DNA of 64,000 nt from an uncultured Gemmatimonadales bacterium (GTDB taxonomy: Bacteria > Gemmatimonadota > Gemmatimonadetes > Gemmatimonadales > GWC2-71-9), in NCBI GenBank assembly GCA_963828735.1, contig CAWHFW010000005.1:448001-512000 (forward strand), written 5' to 3'. The notes beneath the pieces are model-generated. The model was not told the origin of the DNA. It searched no databases and worked only from the letters and a program-made list of their open reading frames with translations. Positions 1 to 10,157 of this stretch are shown piece by piece. How positions within the stretch are numbered: position 1 is the stretch's first letter; each line of letters starts with the position of its first letter. A program made the translations under genes and the position numbers.

Positions 1-2661
1 GCCGCCGCCGCTCCAGACGAGCTGCCCGGCCCGCCGCAGGCGGTCGGGGTGCATCTCGTTCACGATGAAGTCGAAGCCGACGGCATCGCCCCCGCGCGGA
101 CCCCACTCCGGCAGCGCGACTCGAAGCGCCATCGAGTAGCCGGTGCCGGTGCGCCGCCAGGCGCCCGTCACCGGATCCGGGGATCCGGCGCTCCCCGACG
201 TGAGCCGCACGCGAACGCGACCCTCGTCGTCCGACGGGACGACCAGAAAGCCGTACACGGGTCCGTCCCCCTCCGGCCGGAGATAGACCTGAATCCCGTC
301 GGCATGGATGTCGTCAGGCTCGTTGTCGAGCCGGAGTGGCGGGGCGTCATCCGGTCGCACGGTTACTTCGGCCTTCACAACGTCCACGCCCAGGTAGAGC
401 GCGTCCTCGTTCCAGTTGGCCAACAGCGTCGCGGAGAACTCCTCCGCGCCGTGATAGGGCTCTTCGCTCCGCCGGTACTGATCGTCGTAGTCGAGGGCTA
501 TCGGCTCGCTCGCGTCGAAAGTGTCGAGACGACCGTCGAGGTCGGGCGCGACCCGGACATACAGCGCCTTGCCGGCGGCCCGCACCGGGCGGTTGAGGTC
601 GATGAGCGGCGCGCGGGCCACCTCGGCGCGCCGGAGACCGCCCAGCTTCGTGGTCCCCGCGGGGCCTGCGATTTCCCATCCGACCGGCCCGACGACGTGC
701 CGGTCCACGCCGGCCGTGGTCTCAACCTCGATCACATCACCCTCCGTGCCGAGCGAGCGCAGAGTCGGAGGGGCCAGTGTGCTCTCGAGTGCGGCCACGA
801 TGCGCGCGCCGCGGCCGGTCGAGCGGACCAGATACATCGTGCCGCGCGCGGGCCCGCCCGGCCGGCCCGGCGCGCTCGCGCGGAGCAGCGTGCCGTCGAA
901 CCGCAGATGCAGGGTCAGCGTCGCCCCGTTCTCGCCGTGGGACCGGAGCACCACCCCATCCTCGGTTCGGCCGGTGAACCGCTCCACGCGCTCGAGAAAC
1001 TGCTCATCCCACGGCTCGGCGGTCCAGTCTCCGGGCGTTACCATCTCGATGCGACCGGCCAGGTGCCACGGGAGCTCGATGGTGCGATCCTCGCTCGCGT
1101 CCAGCTCGACGACGTCCACCACGTACTCGCCGGCGACCAGCGTTCGCGACATCTCGCCGTACCGTCCGCGTACCCAGCTCCAACCCCCACGGACGTCGAA
1201 GGCTTCGCAGGTCGCATCGCCCGGGACCTGCGAGCGCCCGTCGAGGCGCGGCGCGTCGTGCGCGAGCGTGGAGCGGTACCAGAAGAGATCGCCGGCGACG
1301 TAGGAGCCGGTGCCCGGGTCCGCGAGCCAATGGACGCCGTCGGCGAAGAGGGTGAGGTGCAGTCGGTCGGGATGGCCGTGCCCGCCGCCGAGCCGGCCGC
1401 ACTCGAGGCTGGCATACCGGTCGCCGTCGCGCAGGATGGCGAGCCCTTGGCGCTCGAGCAGCACCGCCCCCGGCGCCCAGGGTGCCGCCTGTTCCGGCGC
1501 CGCGGGGGCCATCTCGAGCAGGGACCACCAGGAAAGGTCGGCACGTCCGCGCCTCGACGGTGCGGGCTCCCCGGCCTCGTGCAGGTAGGAATCGAATGTC
1601 TCCGCCTTCGGCGCGGGAGTGGCGTACAGCTCGCGGAGCCAGCTCCAGAGATCCGAGCGCTCGTCGCCCAGGCGAGCGAGGCCGACCTCCCAGAGTTCGA
1701 TGTACATCGGCTGCGCCAGCGACAGGCCGAACCTCGAATCCTTTCGAGCCGGGAAGGTGTCGTCTGGCAGCGCCGTGAGCGCCGGCGCCCGGAGCGCGGC
1801 GGCGAGGCGGGCGGCCAGGCGCTCGTCCTCGAGCAGGTCCACCCCGGCATGCCTCGCCCAGCCCATGGCGACGAGCTGCCCGCGCAGCGCGAACAGATGG
1901 TAGTTCTCACCCTCGTACCACATCCCGTCATCGCCGAATCCTTCCATCAAATGCGCCAGCATGCCCGTCGGCGCCTGCACGGCGCGCGTCAACAGCTCTT
2001 CGTCCTCGAACCACACGGCGATGGCGGCCAACGCCGCGTTGTGCCACGTCTGCCGATTGGAGAACCCCTCGTCGAACTCGCCGATCAGGTTCGCGGCCTC
2101 CTCGGCAACGACCCCCACGCCCTCGGCGACGTCGTCCGGGAGGCGCCCGCTCTCGCGGAGCAATGTGGCCGCCGAGAGATAGTTGGTGAGCCAGATGGAC
2201 TCGAGATAGGTGGAGAAGAAGAGGCGGCTTGGACCGAGGACGTTGTCGCGGTTGGGATAGTCGAAGTAGGACGAGGCGTAGGCCGAGAGGATCCCGGCAG
2301 CGCGCTCCGCGGCGCCGTCGTGCCCCACCAGCGCGGCGAGCGTCGCCAGGGTCGCGCCGCGCTCCGCGAGCCAGAGGTGTCCGAAGCGCGCCCACGCCCG
2401 GTCGTGCCGCTCGCCGGCGAAGGTTCGGCCGCACCGGGAACAGCGGTGCGAGGCGGCACTCCTGGGGTCGAACTCGAGCGCGGCCCCGTCGTCGGGACAG
2501 ACGCCCCCGTCCGCCGAGAGAAGCGCCTTGTGCGGCGGCACGGTCGGCGGCCGCGCGATCAGCGGCGCCACCCGCTCGGCGAGGCGGCGCGCGAGCGCGG
2601 ACAAGTCGGCCGACGCGGCGAGCAGCTCGCGGCGGGCGTCGAGATCCGCGGTGCTCAGCAT
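1..2661 (-). CDS. Heparinase II/III (PL15/PL17-like) family lyase with C-terminal CBM9/DOMON-like domain; 3' end lies outside the window
   Basis: Manual translation from ATG at 2661: MLSTADLDARRELL...SNRQTWHNAA...DGMWYEGENYHLF...GGGHGHPDRLHLTL...DPGTGSY...WYRSTLAH. No stop before position 1, so it is absent from the ORF track; the + strand ORF 49..3066 is its shadow. Confidence 0.85.
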   Translation of the reverse strand, partial: MLSTADLDARRELLAASADLSALARRLAERVAPLIARPPTVPPHKALLSADGGVCPDDGAALEFDPRSAASHRCSRCGRTFAGERHDRAWARFGHLWLAERGATLATLAALVGHDGAAERAAGILSAYASSYFDYPNRDNVLGPSRLFFSTYLESIWLTNYLSAATLLRESGRLPDDVAEGVGVVAEEAANLIGEFDEGFSNRQTWHNAALAAIAVWFEDEELLTRAVQAPTGMLAHLMEGFGDDGMWYEGENYHLFALRGQLVAMGWARHAGVDLLEDERLAARLAAALRAPALTALPDDTFPARKDSRFGLSLAQPMYIELWEVGLARLGDERSDLWSWLRELYATPAPKAETFDSYLHEAGEPAPSRRGRADLSWWSLLEMAPAAPEQAAPWAPGAVLLERQGLAILRDGDRYASLECGRLGGGHGHPDRLHLTLFADGVHWLADPGTGSYVAGDLFWYRSTLAHDAPRLDGRSQVPGDATCEAFDVRGGWSWVRGRYGEMSRTLVAGEYVVDVVELDASEDRTIELPWHLAGRIEMVTPGDWTAEPWDEQFLERVERFTGRTEDGVVLRSHGENGATLTLHLRFDGTLLRASAPGRPGGPARGTMYLVRSTGRGARIVAALESTLAPPTLRSLGTEGDVIEVETTAGVDRHVVGPVGWEIAGPAGTTKLGGLRRAEVARAPLIDLNRPVRAAGKALYVRVAPDLDGRLDTFDASEPIALDYDDQYRRSEEPYHGAEEFSATLLANWNEDALYLGVDVVKAEVTVRPDDAPPLRLDNEPDDIHADGIQVYLRPEGDGPVYGFLVVPSDDEGRVRVRLTSGSAGSPDPVTGAWRRTGTGYSMALRVALPEWGPRGGDAVGFDFIVNEMHPDRLRRAGQLVWSGGG

Positions 2662-3647
2662 GCCTCGACGCCTGCGGGCGACCACCGTACGGGCAGGATC
2701 GTCATGCCGAGCCCACGCACGGCGGCGATGGCCGCGGTCGGATCGTCCGGGCCGAGGAAGAACATCGAGCCGCCGGCACCCGCGCCGGCCGCCTTGCCGC
2801 CCAGGGCGCCGGCCTCGCGCATCGCGTTCGCGAGCCGGGCCATCGGCGGCGTGCACATGGCAGGGTCCAGGATCTCCTGGTGCCGCCAGTTGGCGTCGAG
2901 CAGCCGACCGATGGCCGCAAGGTCGCCGGCGCGGAGCGCCTCCGCCATGCGCTCGGCGACGCCGCGGAGCCCGTGCAGCGCACCGGTGACCGCGGCGTCC
3001 CCGCGCTCGTACGCCTGCATCACGCGGCCGATCGTCGCGCCCGAAAAGCGGGACGCGCCTGTGTAGACCAGGATCATGCGGCGCGCGAGCTCGGCGAGCA
3101 GTCCTGGGTCGAGCGCGAGCGGCTCCACGGTCGCCTCGGGGTCGCGGAAACCGAGTCGCAGGAACCCACCGAACGCGGCGGTGAACTGGTCCTGCCGGCC
3201 GCCGGGGATCCCGGCCTCGATGCGCTCGAGGTGGCACGCGAGCCTGGCGACCTCGCCCGCGGCCAGGACCTCGCCGCGGGCCGCGGCCAGGGCGCCCACG
3301 AGGGCGACGTCGAGCGCGCCCGAGCTGCCGACGCCAGAGCCGGGTGGGGCGTCGGAGCGGGTGCTGAGCGCACACGCACCGACCGGCAGCATGCGCAGCC
3401 CCGCCTGCAGCAGCGAGAGCGGGCCGGTCGCGGTGAGCGCGGCCTCGTCAGGGAGCTCGAGCGTCGCGCCCAGGTCCTCGGCGACGAGTCGAAATCCCAC
3501 GCCACCCGGCCGAACCTCGGCGTGCGCGCGAAGCCCGATCGCCGCGGACACGACCACACCGCCCTCGCGCGCGGAGAACGGCGGCACGTCGGTCCAGCCG
3601 CCCGCGAAGTCGAGGCGGACCGGCGCCGATGCGCGAAAGGCCGTCAC
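2655..3647 (-). CDS. GHMP-family sugar kinase (HddA/fucokinase-like)
   Basis: Motifs APVRLDFAGGWTD, PPGSGVGSS, GGRQDQ, GGKAAGAGAGG. GTG start overlaps the upstream TGA (GTGA at 3644-3647). Confidence 0.9.
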   Translation of the reverse strand: MTAFRASAPVRLDFAGGWTDVPPFSAREGGVVVSAAIGLRAHAEVRPGGVGFRLVAEDLGATLELPDEAALTATGPLSLLQAGLRMLPVGACALSTRSDAPPGSGVGSSGALDVALVGALAAARGEVLAAGEVARLACHLERIEAGIPGGRQDQFTAAFGGFLRLGFRDPEATVEPLALDPGLLAELARRMILVYTGASRFSGATIGRVMQAYERGDAAVTGALHGLRGVAERMAEALRAGDLAAIGRLLDANWRHQEILDPAMCTPPMARLANAMREAGALGGKAAGAGAGGSMFFLGPDDPTAAIAAVRGLGMTILPVRWSPAGVEAC

Positions 3648-5068
3648 GGCGCGACCCACCAGTCGTGCACCGTCGGCAGCTCACCCCTGAGGTCCATCCG
3701 CACCCCACGTACCCGACGATTCATGCCCTGGAGTCCCCGCGCGTGGTAGAGGACGACGGCCGGCAGCGAGTCGGCGAACATCCGTTGCGCCGCGGCGGCG
3801 TCGGTGGGCGCGTGGAGCCCGGCGACGGCCGCGAGGGGGCGAAGATAGGCCAGGCCCGCGTCGCCCGTCACGCCCAGTACGGCCGCGTCGAAGTCATGCG
3901 CCGGGCCGTACACGCGGGCCAGAAATGCGGAGAGCTCGAGCTGGCGAATCGTGGCGTCGATGCCCGCAGCGCGGAGCCGCGCCTGCACCATCTGCTCGAG
4001 CGGCGCCTCGCCGCTGCCGACGGTGAGCAGCTCGAAGCGGAGCGGCGGACCGGAGGCCACCCGTGCATCCCCGGCGGCGGACACCGGAACATAGCCCGGA
4101 ACGTCCGCGGGCACGGGCGAGCGTGACGGCGTGCCGTAGCCATACAGATAGCCGTCGACGATCTCGCGCCGGTCGACCGCGGCATCCACCCGCCGGCGGG
4201 TCTCGAGTAGATCGAACGGTGGACGGCGGGCGTTCAACGCGATGACGTAGGTGAAGAGGAGCGGGTAGCTCAGCACGGCGAGATCGGGATCGCGCGCGAC
4301 GAACGCCGCGTGCGCCGGCTGGATGCCGGCGAAGTCCAGCTCACCCGCGGTCAGCGCCGCGAGTTTGGTGGCGGGCTCGTCCACGACGACGATGATGAGG
4401 CGGTCGAGCTTGGGCGGACCGCCGAGCGCGACGGGAAAGCCGGGGTTGGCCGCAAAGACCCAGCGGCGGTTGGGCTCGTGCGCGACGAAGCGGAAGGGGC
4501 CGTTGCCGACGGGATGCTCGTTCCAGGAGGCCTGGCGCAGCCGGCCTCGCGGCACGGTGTCGAGCAGATGCGCGGGAACGATGGCGAGGTCGGTGAGCAC
4601 GTCGGGAAACCGCGCCCGGGGTGCGTCGAATCGAAGCATCACGGTCGAGTCGTCCGTCGCTTCGACTCGCTCGAGCGCCGTGAGCTCGCCGGCCCGAGGA
4701 TAGCCGACGACCGGATCCCGCGCCGCCTCGAGCGTCCAGCGCACGTCGCGCGCGGTCGTCGGCGCGCCGTCGTGCCATCGCACGCCCGTGACGAGGTGCA
4801 TGACGAGGGTCCGCCGGTCCGCGGCCCAATCCCACGATCGTGCGAGGTAGGGCTGCGCAACGAGCGCCGAATCGTACCGGGCGAGGGTCATGAGCAGGAC
4901 GTAGCGCTCGACCTGGCGGGCAAGCGGATGGAGCGTCAGCAACGGATTGATGCTCTGCAGGTCGGCGCCCGAGGCGAACATGACGGTCGCGCCGCGTCGC
5001 GCCGCGCCCGGCTGGCAGCCGGTGAAGGCGACGAGCGCCGCCAGCAGGACGGAAAGGCGCGAAGGCAC
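3644..5068 (-). CDS. ABC transporter family-5 substrate-binding lipoprotein
   Basis: Lipobox AFTGC; PYLARSW, WHDGAPTTARDV, PVGNGPF motifs. Start moved to GTG 5068. Confidence 0.9.
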   Translation of the reverse strand: MPSRLSVLLAALVAFTGCQPGAARRGATVMFASGADLQSINPLLTLHPLARQVERYVLLMTLARYDSALVAQPYLARSWDWAADRRTLVMHLVTGVRWHDGAPTTARDVRWTLEAARDPVVGYPRAGELTALERVEATDDSTVMLRFDAPRARFPDVLTDLAIVPAHLLDTVPRGRLRQASWNEHPVGNGPFRFVAHEPNRRWVFAANPGFPVALGGPPKLDRLIIVVVDEPATKLAALTAGELDFAGIQPAHAAFVARDPDLAVLSYPLLFTYVIALNARRPPFDLLETRRRVDAAVDRREIVDGYLYGYGTPSRSPVPADVPGYVPVSAAGDARVASGPPLRFELLTVGSGEAPLEQMVQARLRAAGIDATIRQLELSAFLARVYGPAHDFDAAVLGVTGDAGLAYLRPLAAVAGLHAPTDAAAAQRMFADSLPAVVLYHARGLQGMNRRVRGVRMDLRGELPTVHDWWVAP

Positions 5069-5202
5069 GGCGAAAGGTAGAGCGCTTCGGGCCACAGGGT
5101 CCAGGCGCGTGCACGAGCCAAGCCGCGCCGCAGGATGGCCCGGCGCTCGCCGAAGCGCCCGTGCGCTGGCGCGGCAACCCCGACCCGCGAAGATTGCATC
5201 CC

Positions 5203-6156
5203 ATGCACGCACTCGCCCGCCGCGCGATCAGCGGCTTTGCCGTGGTCCTCGGCGTGGTGACGCTGATGTTCGCCCTCCTCCGTCTCGCGCCCGGCGACCC
5301 AGCGCTCCTCCTCGTCGGCCCCGCGGCCAGCGCCGAGCAGCTCGCCGCTCAACGCCACACCCTCGGCCTCGACCGTCCGTTGCCGGCCCAATACGCCGCG
5401 TGGCTCGGCCGCTTCGCCCGCGGGGACTGGGGCACCAGCATCGCCACCGGGCGCCCGGTCCGCACGATGCTCGGCGAGGCGTGGCCCGCCACCGTGTGCC
5501 TCGTCGGCCTCTCACTGGTGCTGAGCTACCTGCTGGGCATCGCGGTCGGCGTCGTGCAGGCCGCGCGCGGCGGCACCCTCGATACGGCGCTCTCGGTGGC
5601 CACGGTCACGCTGTTCGCCCTGCCCGGCTACTGGCTCGGGCTCATGCTCGTCATGCTGTTCACCTACCGGCTGCGGTGGCTGCCGGCCTTCGGCGCGGCC
5701 GGGTTCGATGCGGACTTCCTCCCGCCGGCGGCGCGCGTAGCCGATCGCCTGCGCCACCTCGCGCTTCCGCTCGCCACGCTCACGCTGGTCGGCGTCGGCG
5801 GCACCGCGCGCTTCGTGCGCGGCGCGATGCTCGACGTGGCCGGCGCGCCATTCGTGACGGTGGCCCGATCCAAGGGGCTCTCCGAGAGCCGCGTGACCGT
5901 GCGGCACGTCCTCCGGAACGCCCTCATCCCGGTGCTCACCCTGCTTGGGCTCTCGCTGCCGACGCTGTTCTCGGGCGCCGTCTTCATCGAGGCCATCTTC
6001 GCCTGGCCCGGAGTGGGACGGGTCCTGGTCGAGGCGGTTCAGGCGCGCGACTATCCGGTCGTGATGGCGGCGACGGCGGTGAGCGCGGTCCTCGTCGTGC
6101 TCGGCAACCTGCTCGCGGAGGTGCTCGTGAGCTGGGCTGACCCGAGAGTACGATGA
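5203..6156 (+). CDS. ABC permease, OppB/DppB family
   Basis: LAPGDP, GLDRPL, GDWGTS, ARSKGL, EAIFAWPGVG, RDYPVV motifs. Confidence 0.92.
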   Translation: MHALARRAISGFAVVLGVVTLMFALLRLAPGDPALLLVGPAASAEQLAAQRHTLGLDRPLPAQYAAWLGRFARGDWGTSIATGRPVRTMLGEAWPATVCLVGLSLVLSYLLGIAVGVVQAARGGTLDTALSVATVTLFALPGYWLGLMLVMLFTYRLRWLPAFGAAGFDADFLPPAARVADRLRHLALPLATLTLVGVGGTARFVRGAMLDVAGAPFVTVARSKGLSESRVTVRHVLRNALIPVLTLLGLSLPTLFSGAVFIEAIFAWPGVGRVLVEAVQARDYPVVMAATAVSAVLVVLGNLLAEVLVSWADPRVR

Positions 6157-6192
6157 GGCCGAGACGATGAGACTCGCCACGAGGGACCCAGG

Positions 6193-7044
6193 TTGAGAGG
6201 CGAGGCACGCCGGCTCTTCCTCGATCGCCGCGCGGCCGTGGGCGCCGGGCTGCTGGCGGCTGCCGCGCTCGCGGCGGTCCTCGCTCCCCTCCTCGCGGGC
6301 GATCCGATCGCCCAGCACGACATCGTGCTGACCCGGTTCCTGCCACCGCTCGCCACCGATCCCTTCGGCGCCTTCCACCTCCTCGGCACCGATCGGTTCG
6401 GCCGGGACGTGTGGGCACGACTCGTGTACGGGGCGCGCGTGTCGCTCGGCGTCGGCGTGCTGGCCGTCCTGCTGTCGGTGGTCGTCGGCGTGGCGGTCGG
6501 AGCGGCCGCGGGCTTCTGGCGCGGGTGGCTCGGGACCACCCTGCTCGGACTCACCGATTTCGCGCTGGCGCTCCCGCGGGTCGTGTTGCTCCTCCTTCTG
6601 GCCTCCCTCTGGCAGCCGAGCGCCGGGCTCGTGATCGTGGTGCTCGGGCTCACCGGCTGGATGACGATCGCGCGACTGGTCCATGCGGAGGTGCGGACGC
6701 TCACGGGACGGCCCTTCGTGGAAAGCGCCATCGGGCTCGGTGTCCCGGGTACACGTATCCTCGTGCGGCACATCCTGCCCAACGCGATGACGCCGGTGAT
6801 CGTCGCCGCCGCGCTCGGCCTTGGCAACGCGATCCTGCTCGAGGCGGGTCTGTCGTTTCTCGGGTTGGGCGTGCAACCGCCGACCCCGTCGTGGGGCAAC
6901 CTCATCGCCTCCGGGCGGGACACGCTGGTCAACGCGCCGTGGGTCGCAACGGCTCCGGGAGTCGCGCTGGTGCTCGTCGTCGTGGCGGCGACACTGTTGG
7001 GCGATGCGGTGCGGGACCGGCTCGATCCCGGAAAGATCGGGTGA
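6193..7044 (+). CDS. ABC permease, OppC/DppC family
   Basis: HLLGTDRFGRD, RHILPN, LSFLGLGVQPPTPSWG, LLGDAVRD motifs. Start uncertain. Confidence 0.92.
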   Translation: MRGEARRLFLDRRAAVGAGLLAAAALAAVLAPLLAGDPIAQHDIVLTRFLPPLATDPFGAFHLLGTDRFGRDVWARLVYGARVSLGVGVLAVLLSVVVGVAVGAAAGFWRGWLGTTLLGLTDFALALPRVVLLLLLASLWQPSAGLVIVVLGLTGWMTIARLVHAEVRTLTGRPFVESAIGLGVPGTRILVRHILPNAMTPVIVAAALGLGNAILLEAGLSFLGLGVQPPTPSWGNLIASGRDTLVNAPWVATAPGVALVLVVVAATLLGDAVRDRLDPGKIG

Positions 7045-7135
7045 GGGCGGGGATCAACGAGGGGAGCGCCGGTAGAACATCGGCATGAAGCCGATCACTC
7101 GAGGGGTTCCATAACTGCTTTCCATTACACCACGC

Positions 7136-7636
7136 CTATCTCCCGACCCACCTCCGCACGCCTGCTACCTCATCGATCCGCTGCTCGAGCGCCGCGAGCT
7201 GCTCGGGCGCGCCCATGCATCCATGATCGTGTTCGATCCGCTTGGTGCGCCCATTCATCCGCACCTCCGTGATGACGGACGGCAAGTCGGTCGCGTAGCG
7301 CTCGCAGTCCGGCTCGCCCATCGCGTACCGGTCGGCGAAGGCGAACCACCCTGCCGCTTCGACCTCGCGGAAGAGGCTGTCGGCCCGCGCGGGCGGAATC
7401 GAGCCCGTATGCGCGCCGCTGTCGGCGACGAAACGCCGCCCCTCATAGGCGACCTCACCGGTGCGTTCGAGCGTGACCGTGTACACCGGACAGGCGCCGA
7501 AACATGGCCGCCGCTCCAGCGTGATGCGGCCGTCGGCCAGCGCCGGATCGGTCTGCGGCGGTGGTGCCGGCCGCTGACCGCACGCCGCGGCCACGGCGAT
7601 CAGAACAGACCAACGGACAGGCGCCAGCCGCATCAT
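7136..7636 (-). CDS. DUF6438-like lipoprotein
   Basis: Lipobox AAAC; ITLERRPCFGACPVYTVT and TDLPS motifs. ATG overlaps the stop of the upstream protease. Confidence 0.75.
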   Translation of the reverse strand: MMRLAPVRWSVLIAVAAACGQRPAPPPQTDPALADGRITLERRPCFGACPVYTVTLERTGEVAYEGRRFVADSGAHTGSIPPARADSLFREVEAAGWFAFADRYAMGEPDCERYATDLPSVITEVRMNGRTKRIEHDHGCMGAPEQLAALEQRIDEVAGVRRWVGR

Positions 7637-9807
7637 CGAGCCGGCACCGCGACACGCACCGAGCGTCCCACGACCCCGTTTGACAGCTGAACGTCGAGGC
7701 TGGTCCGGTCGGTCGCGACCTCCGCCGAGCCCCCGCTGGCGAACGAGAGCACCTGCCCCGTGCTCGGGTCCCGGACCATCACCATCGGGTGGGCCGAGGC
7801 ATCCCACCGGACCGACACCCGGCCCGCCGCCGAACGTGCGGTCCGCACATCGACCGGCGCGCCGGCGGAGGCGACCCCGCGAACGGACACCGACGGCCGC
7901 CCGGGGACACTGAGCCGGATCTCGTCGAGTCGTCCGGCCCGATCGGGCTGAAGCGGCACCGCGAATGCGAAGTGCCGACCGCCATTCGGATCGTCGGCGA
8001 CTTCCTGAGGCTCGAAGCTCACCTGGAACACCCGGTCCCCGGTAGCGTCGCGACCCTCGACGCTGTATGCGCCCGCTCTGGACGGCAGGCGCGGCCGGGT
8101 GACGACCTGGAAGGCCGGCTCGAGGACCGGCTGGCCGTTCTCGATGCGTCCCCATACGAGGAGACAGGGCTGCATCGCCTGCGCGAACGCCGAGGCGACA
8201 TCGGTCTGCGTCTCGCGCCAGTCGAGCACACCCTTGTAGGTGTAGTCGCTGATCCACTCGTTGTTGCAGTAGCCCATGACGTCCGTGAAGGTAGGCGGCT
8301 TGAGCGAGAGGATCGCCACATCGAGCCCGTAGGCGCCGATCGCGCCGCCCGCGTAGGGATAGTTCCCATCGGGGCCGGACGGATTGCCGCACGGCGCATG
8401 GCTCCGGCCCCAGTTGTGTCCCCACTCGTGCGCCGCGACTTGGTCCGCCCCGTTTTTGTCCCAGCCGATGGCGGTCTCCCCGCCGACGTACCCGATGCCC
8501 GCGACGCCGTTGCCGTAGGGCGGGCTCACGACGCCGAAGTAGTAGCGTGAGCTCGCGTCCGTGGCGCGCAGCGCATCCACCTGGCTCAGGATCGTGGTCC
8601 AGGCGTTGTTGTCGTTGCCCGCATCCAGCGCGGGCGCGGTCGTGGTGTAGGGCGCGCGGAGATCTGCGTCGTACGCCGCCAGCGGGTGCATCCTCATCGT
8701 CGCGGCGAGGAAGTCGTCCTTGTTGGCGTTGGTGACGTTGCCCTGCCGGCCATTCACGCTCTGCAGCACCGGCACGAACCGCACGCTGAAGGTGGGGCTC
8801 ACGTGCACGTCGAGCGGCAGCGGCGTACCGGCCGCCGGGAACTCGTTGTCGGTCTCGTCCGCCTCCGCCACCGAGTTGCCCGGATCCACGTCGGCGAGCA
8901 CCGCGAGGCCTGGCTGAATGAGCGTCCTGGACACGGCCACGTTCCATGACGAGCTCAGCGTCCCCTCGTCGGGAAAGAGCGGCACGGACGTGGAGGGAGG
9001 CGCGAGGGTGAGCGTCGATACCAACGAGGGGCCGTTGTAGAACCGCACCCGCACCTGGGGAGCAACGATGTTCGAGGCGTTGGCGGTAACGAACACACGC
9101 AGGTATCCGTCCCGGCCCTTCACCAGAGGCACGGTGCCGGTGTAGGTCTGGATGCTCTGCGTCAGGTAGAGCCCGTCGATACGCAGGTTGAACCCGCTGC
9201 CGGAACCCGCGGTATAGCTCACGTTGGAGGTCGCGTTGCCGCCCGCCCCCACGCTCACCACCTGGCTGCCCGGGCTCGGATTGTAAGTCGTGCCGCCGGG
9301 TGAGACGCTTTGCGCGGTGAGCGTGTACACCCCGGGGTCGAGGCCGATGCGTGTGGCGGTCGCGGTCACATCATCGGCGTACCCGTTCGGGCCGGCGACA
9401 TGGATCGCGGCTGTGGCGCCCGCCGGCAAGCCCGCCACGTTCACGGTGAGACTCCCGTCGGCCAGGCCGTAGACCACGTTCGCCGTCGCGGTCGAAGCGG
9501 ACACCGCCACGGTCTGGGTAGGCACCGTCGCCTGGTAGGACTGACCGCCGCTGCTCACCACGTCGGCCACCACCGTGTAGCTGCCCGACGCGAGGCCGCC
9601 CAGCGTCTCCGACGCGCTCAGGTCGTGGGCGTACCCATCGGGGCCGGTGACCGTGACGGCCGCATCGGCCCCGTTCGGCAGGCCCGTGACGCTGACCATC
9701 AGGCTGCCGACGCTCGGTTCGATTGGGTCACCTCCTGCACAGCCGACCAGCAGCACGAGGATGCCCGAGAGCAGTCGACGCGAGGCGATCATGCGGCCTT
9801 CCGACAA
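7633..9807 (-). CDS. Zn-metalloprotease lipoprotein (M66/StcE-like) with two N-terminal Ig-like repeats
   Basis: Lipobox LLVGC; AHEWGHNWGRSHAPCG (HExxHxxGxxH); Met-turn DVMGYC; repeats GSLMVSVTGLP and GSLTVNVAGLP. Confidence 0.85.
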   Translation of the reverse strand: MSEGRMIASRRLLSGILVLLVGCAGGDPIEPSVGSLMVSVTGLPNGADAAVTVTGPDGYAHDLSASETLGGLASGSYTVVADVVSSGGQSYQATVPTQTVAVSASTATANVVYGLADGSLTVNVAGLPAGATAAIHVAGPNGYADDVTATATRIGLDPGVYTLTAQSVSPGGTTYNPSPGSQVVSVGAGGNATSNVSYTAGSGSGFNLRIDGLYLTQSIQTYTGTVPLVKGRDGYLRVFVTANASNIVAPQVRVRFYNGPSLVSTLTLAPPSTSVPLFPDEGTLSSSWNVAVSRTLIQPGLAVLADVDPGNSVAEADETDNEFPAAGTPLPLDVHVSPTFSVRFVPVLQSVNGRQGNVTNANKDDFLAATMRMHPLAAYDADLRAPYTTTAPALDAGNDNNAWTTILSQVDALRATDASSRYYFGVVSPPYGNGVAGIGYVGGETAIGWDKNGADQVAAHEWGHNWGRSHAPCGNPSGPDGNYPYAGGAIGAYGLDVAILSLKPPTFTDVMGYCNNEWISDYTYKGVLDWRETQTDVASAFAQAMQPCLLVWGRIENGQPVLEPAFQVVTRPRLPSRAGAYSVEGRDATGDRVFQVSFEPQEVADDPNGGRHFAFAVPLQPDRAGRLDEIRLSVPGRPSVSVRGVASAGAPVDVRTARSAAGRVSVRWDASAHPMVMVRDPSTGQVLSFASGGSAEVATDRTSLDVQLSNGVVGRSVRVAVPAR

Positions 9808-9969
9808 GCGGTGGACGATGGATGACGTGGAAGCGTGCGAGGCCAGCGTTTCTGCCGCCGCGTGGCGAACCGCAGGGCCACCGGCGCGATCCTACATGGC
9901 GTAATTCCAGGCAAGTCCCTGCCTCAGCGAGGCTTGGCCGGAAGGACGCGAGGCACCGTCACCGCGTGC

Positions 9970-9986
9970 GGCAACAGGCGCGCCAA
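9970..9986 (-). promoter_or_regulatory. Sigma54 (-24/-12) promoter for the metalloprotease operon
   Basis: Minus strand TTGGCGCGCCTGTTGCC has exact GG-N10-GC spacing. Confidence 0.6.
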
Positions 9987-10157
9987 GGTGACGAAGTCAT
10001 TGCGACAGAACACAGGCAACAGAACACAGATAATGGAAGGACGCCCAGAGTGCACTTTCTGTCACTCAGAGGCCGGACTAGAGGCATTCATGGCGGCACA
10101 CGGAGCGCGCGGGCCAGGGGTACCGAGCGCGCCGCGCGCAGCTTGGGCTGTGGCAGG

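Noticed and set aside
49..3066. 1005-aa + strand ORF
   Set aside because: Antisense shadow of the heparinase-like gene; no recognisable motifs.
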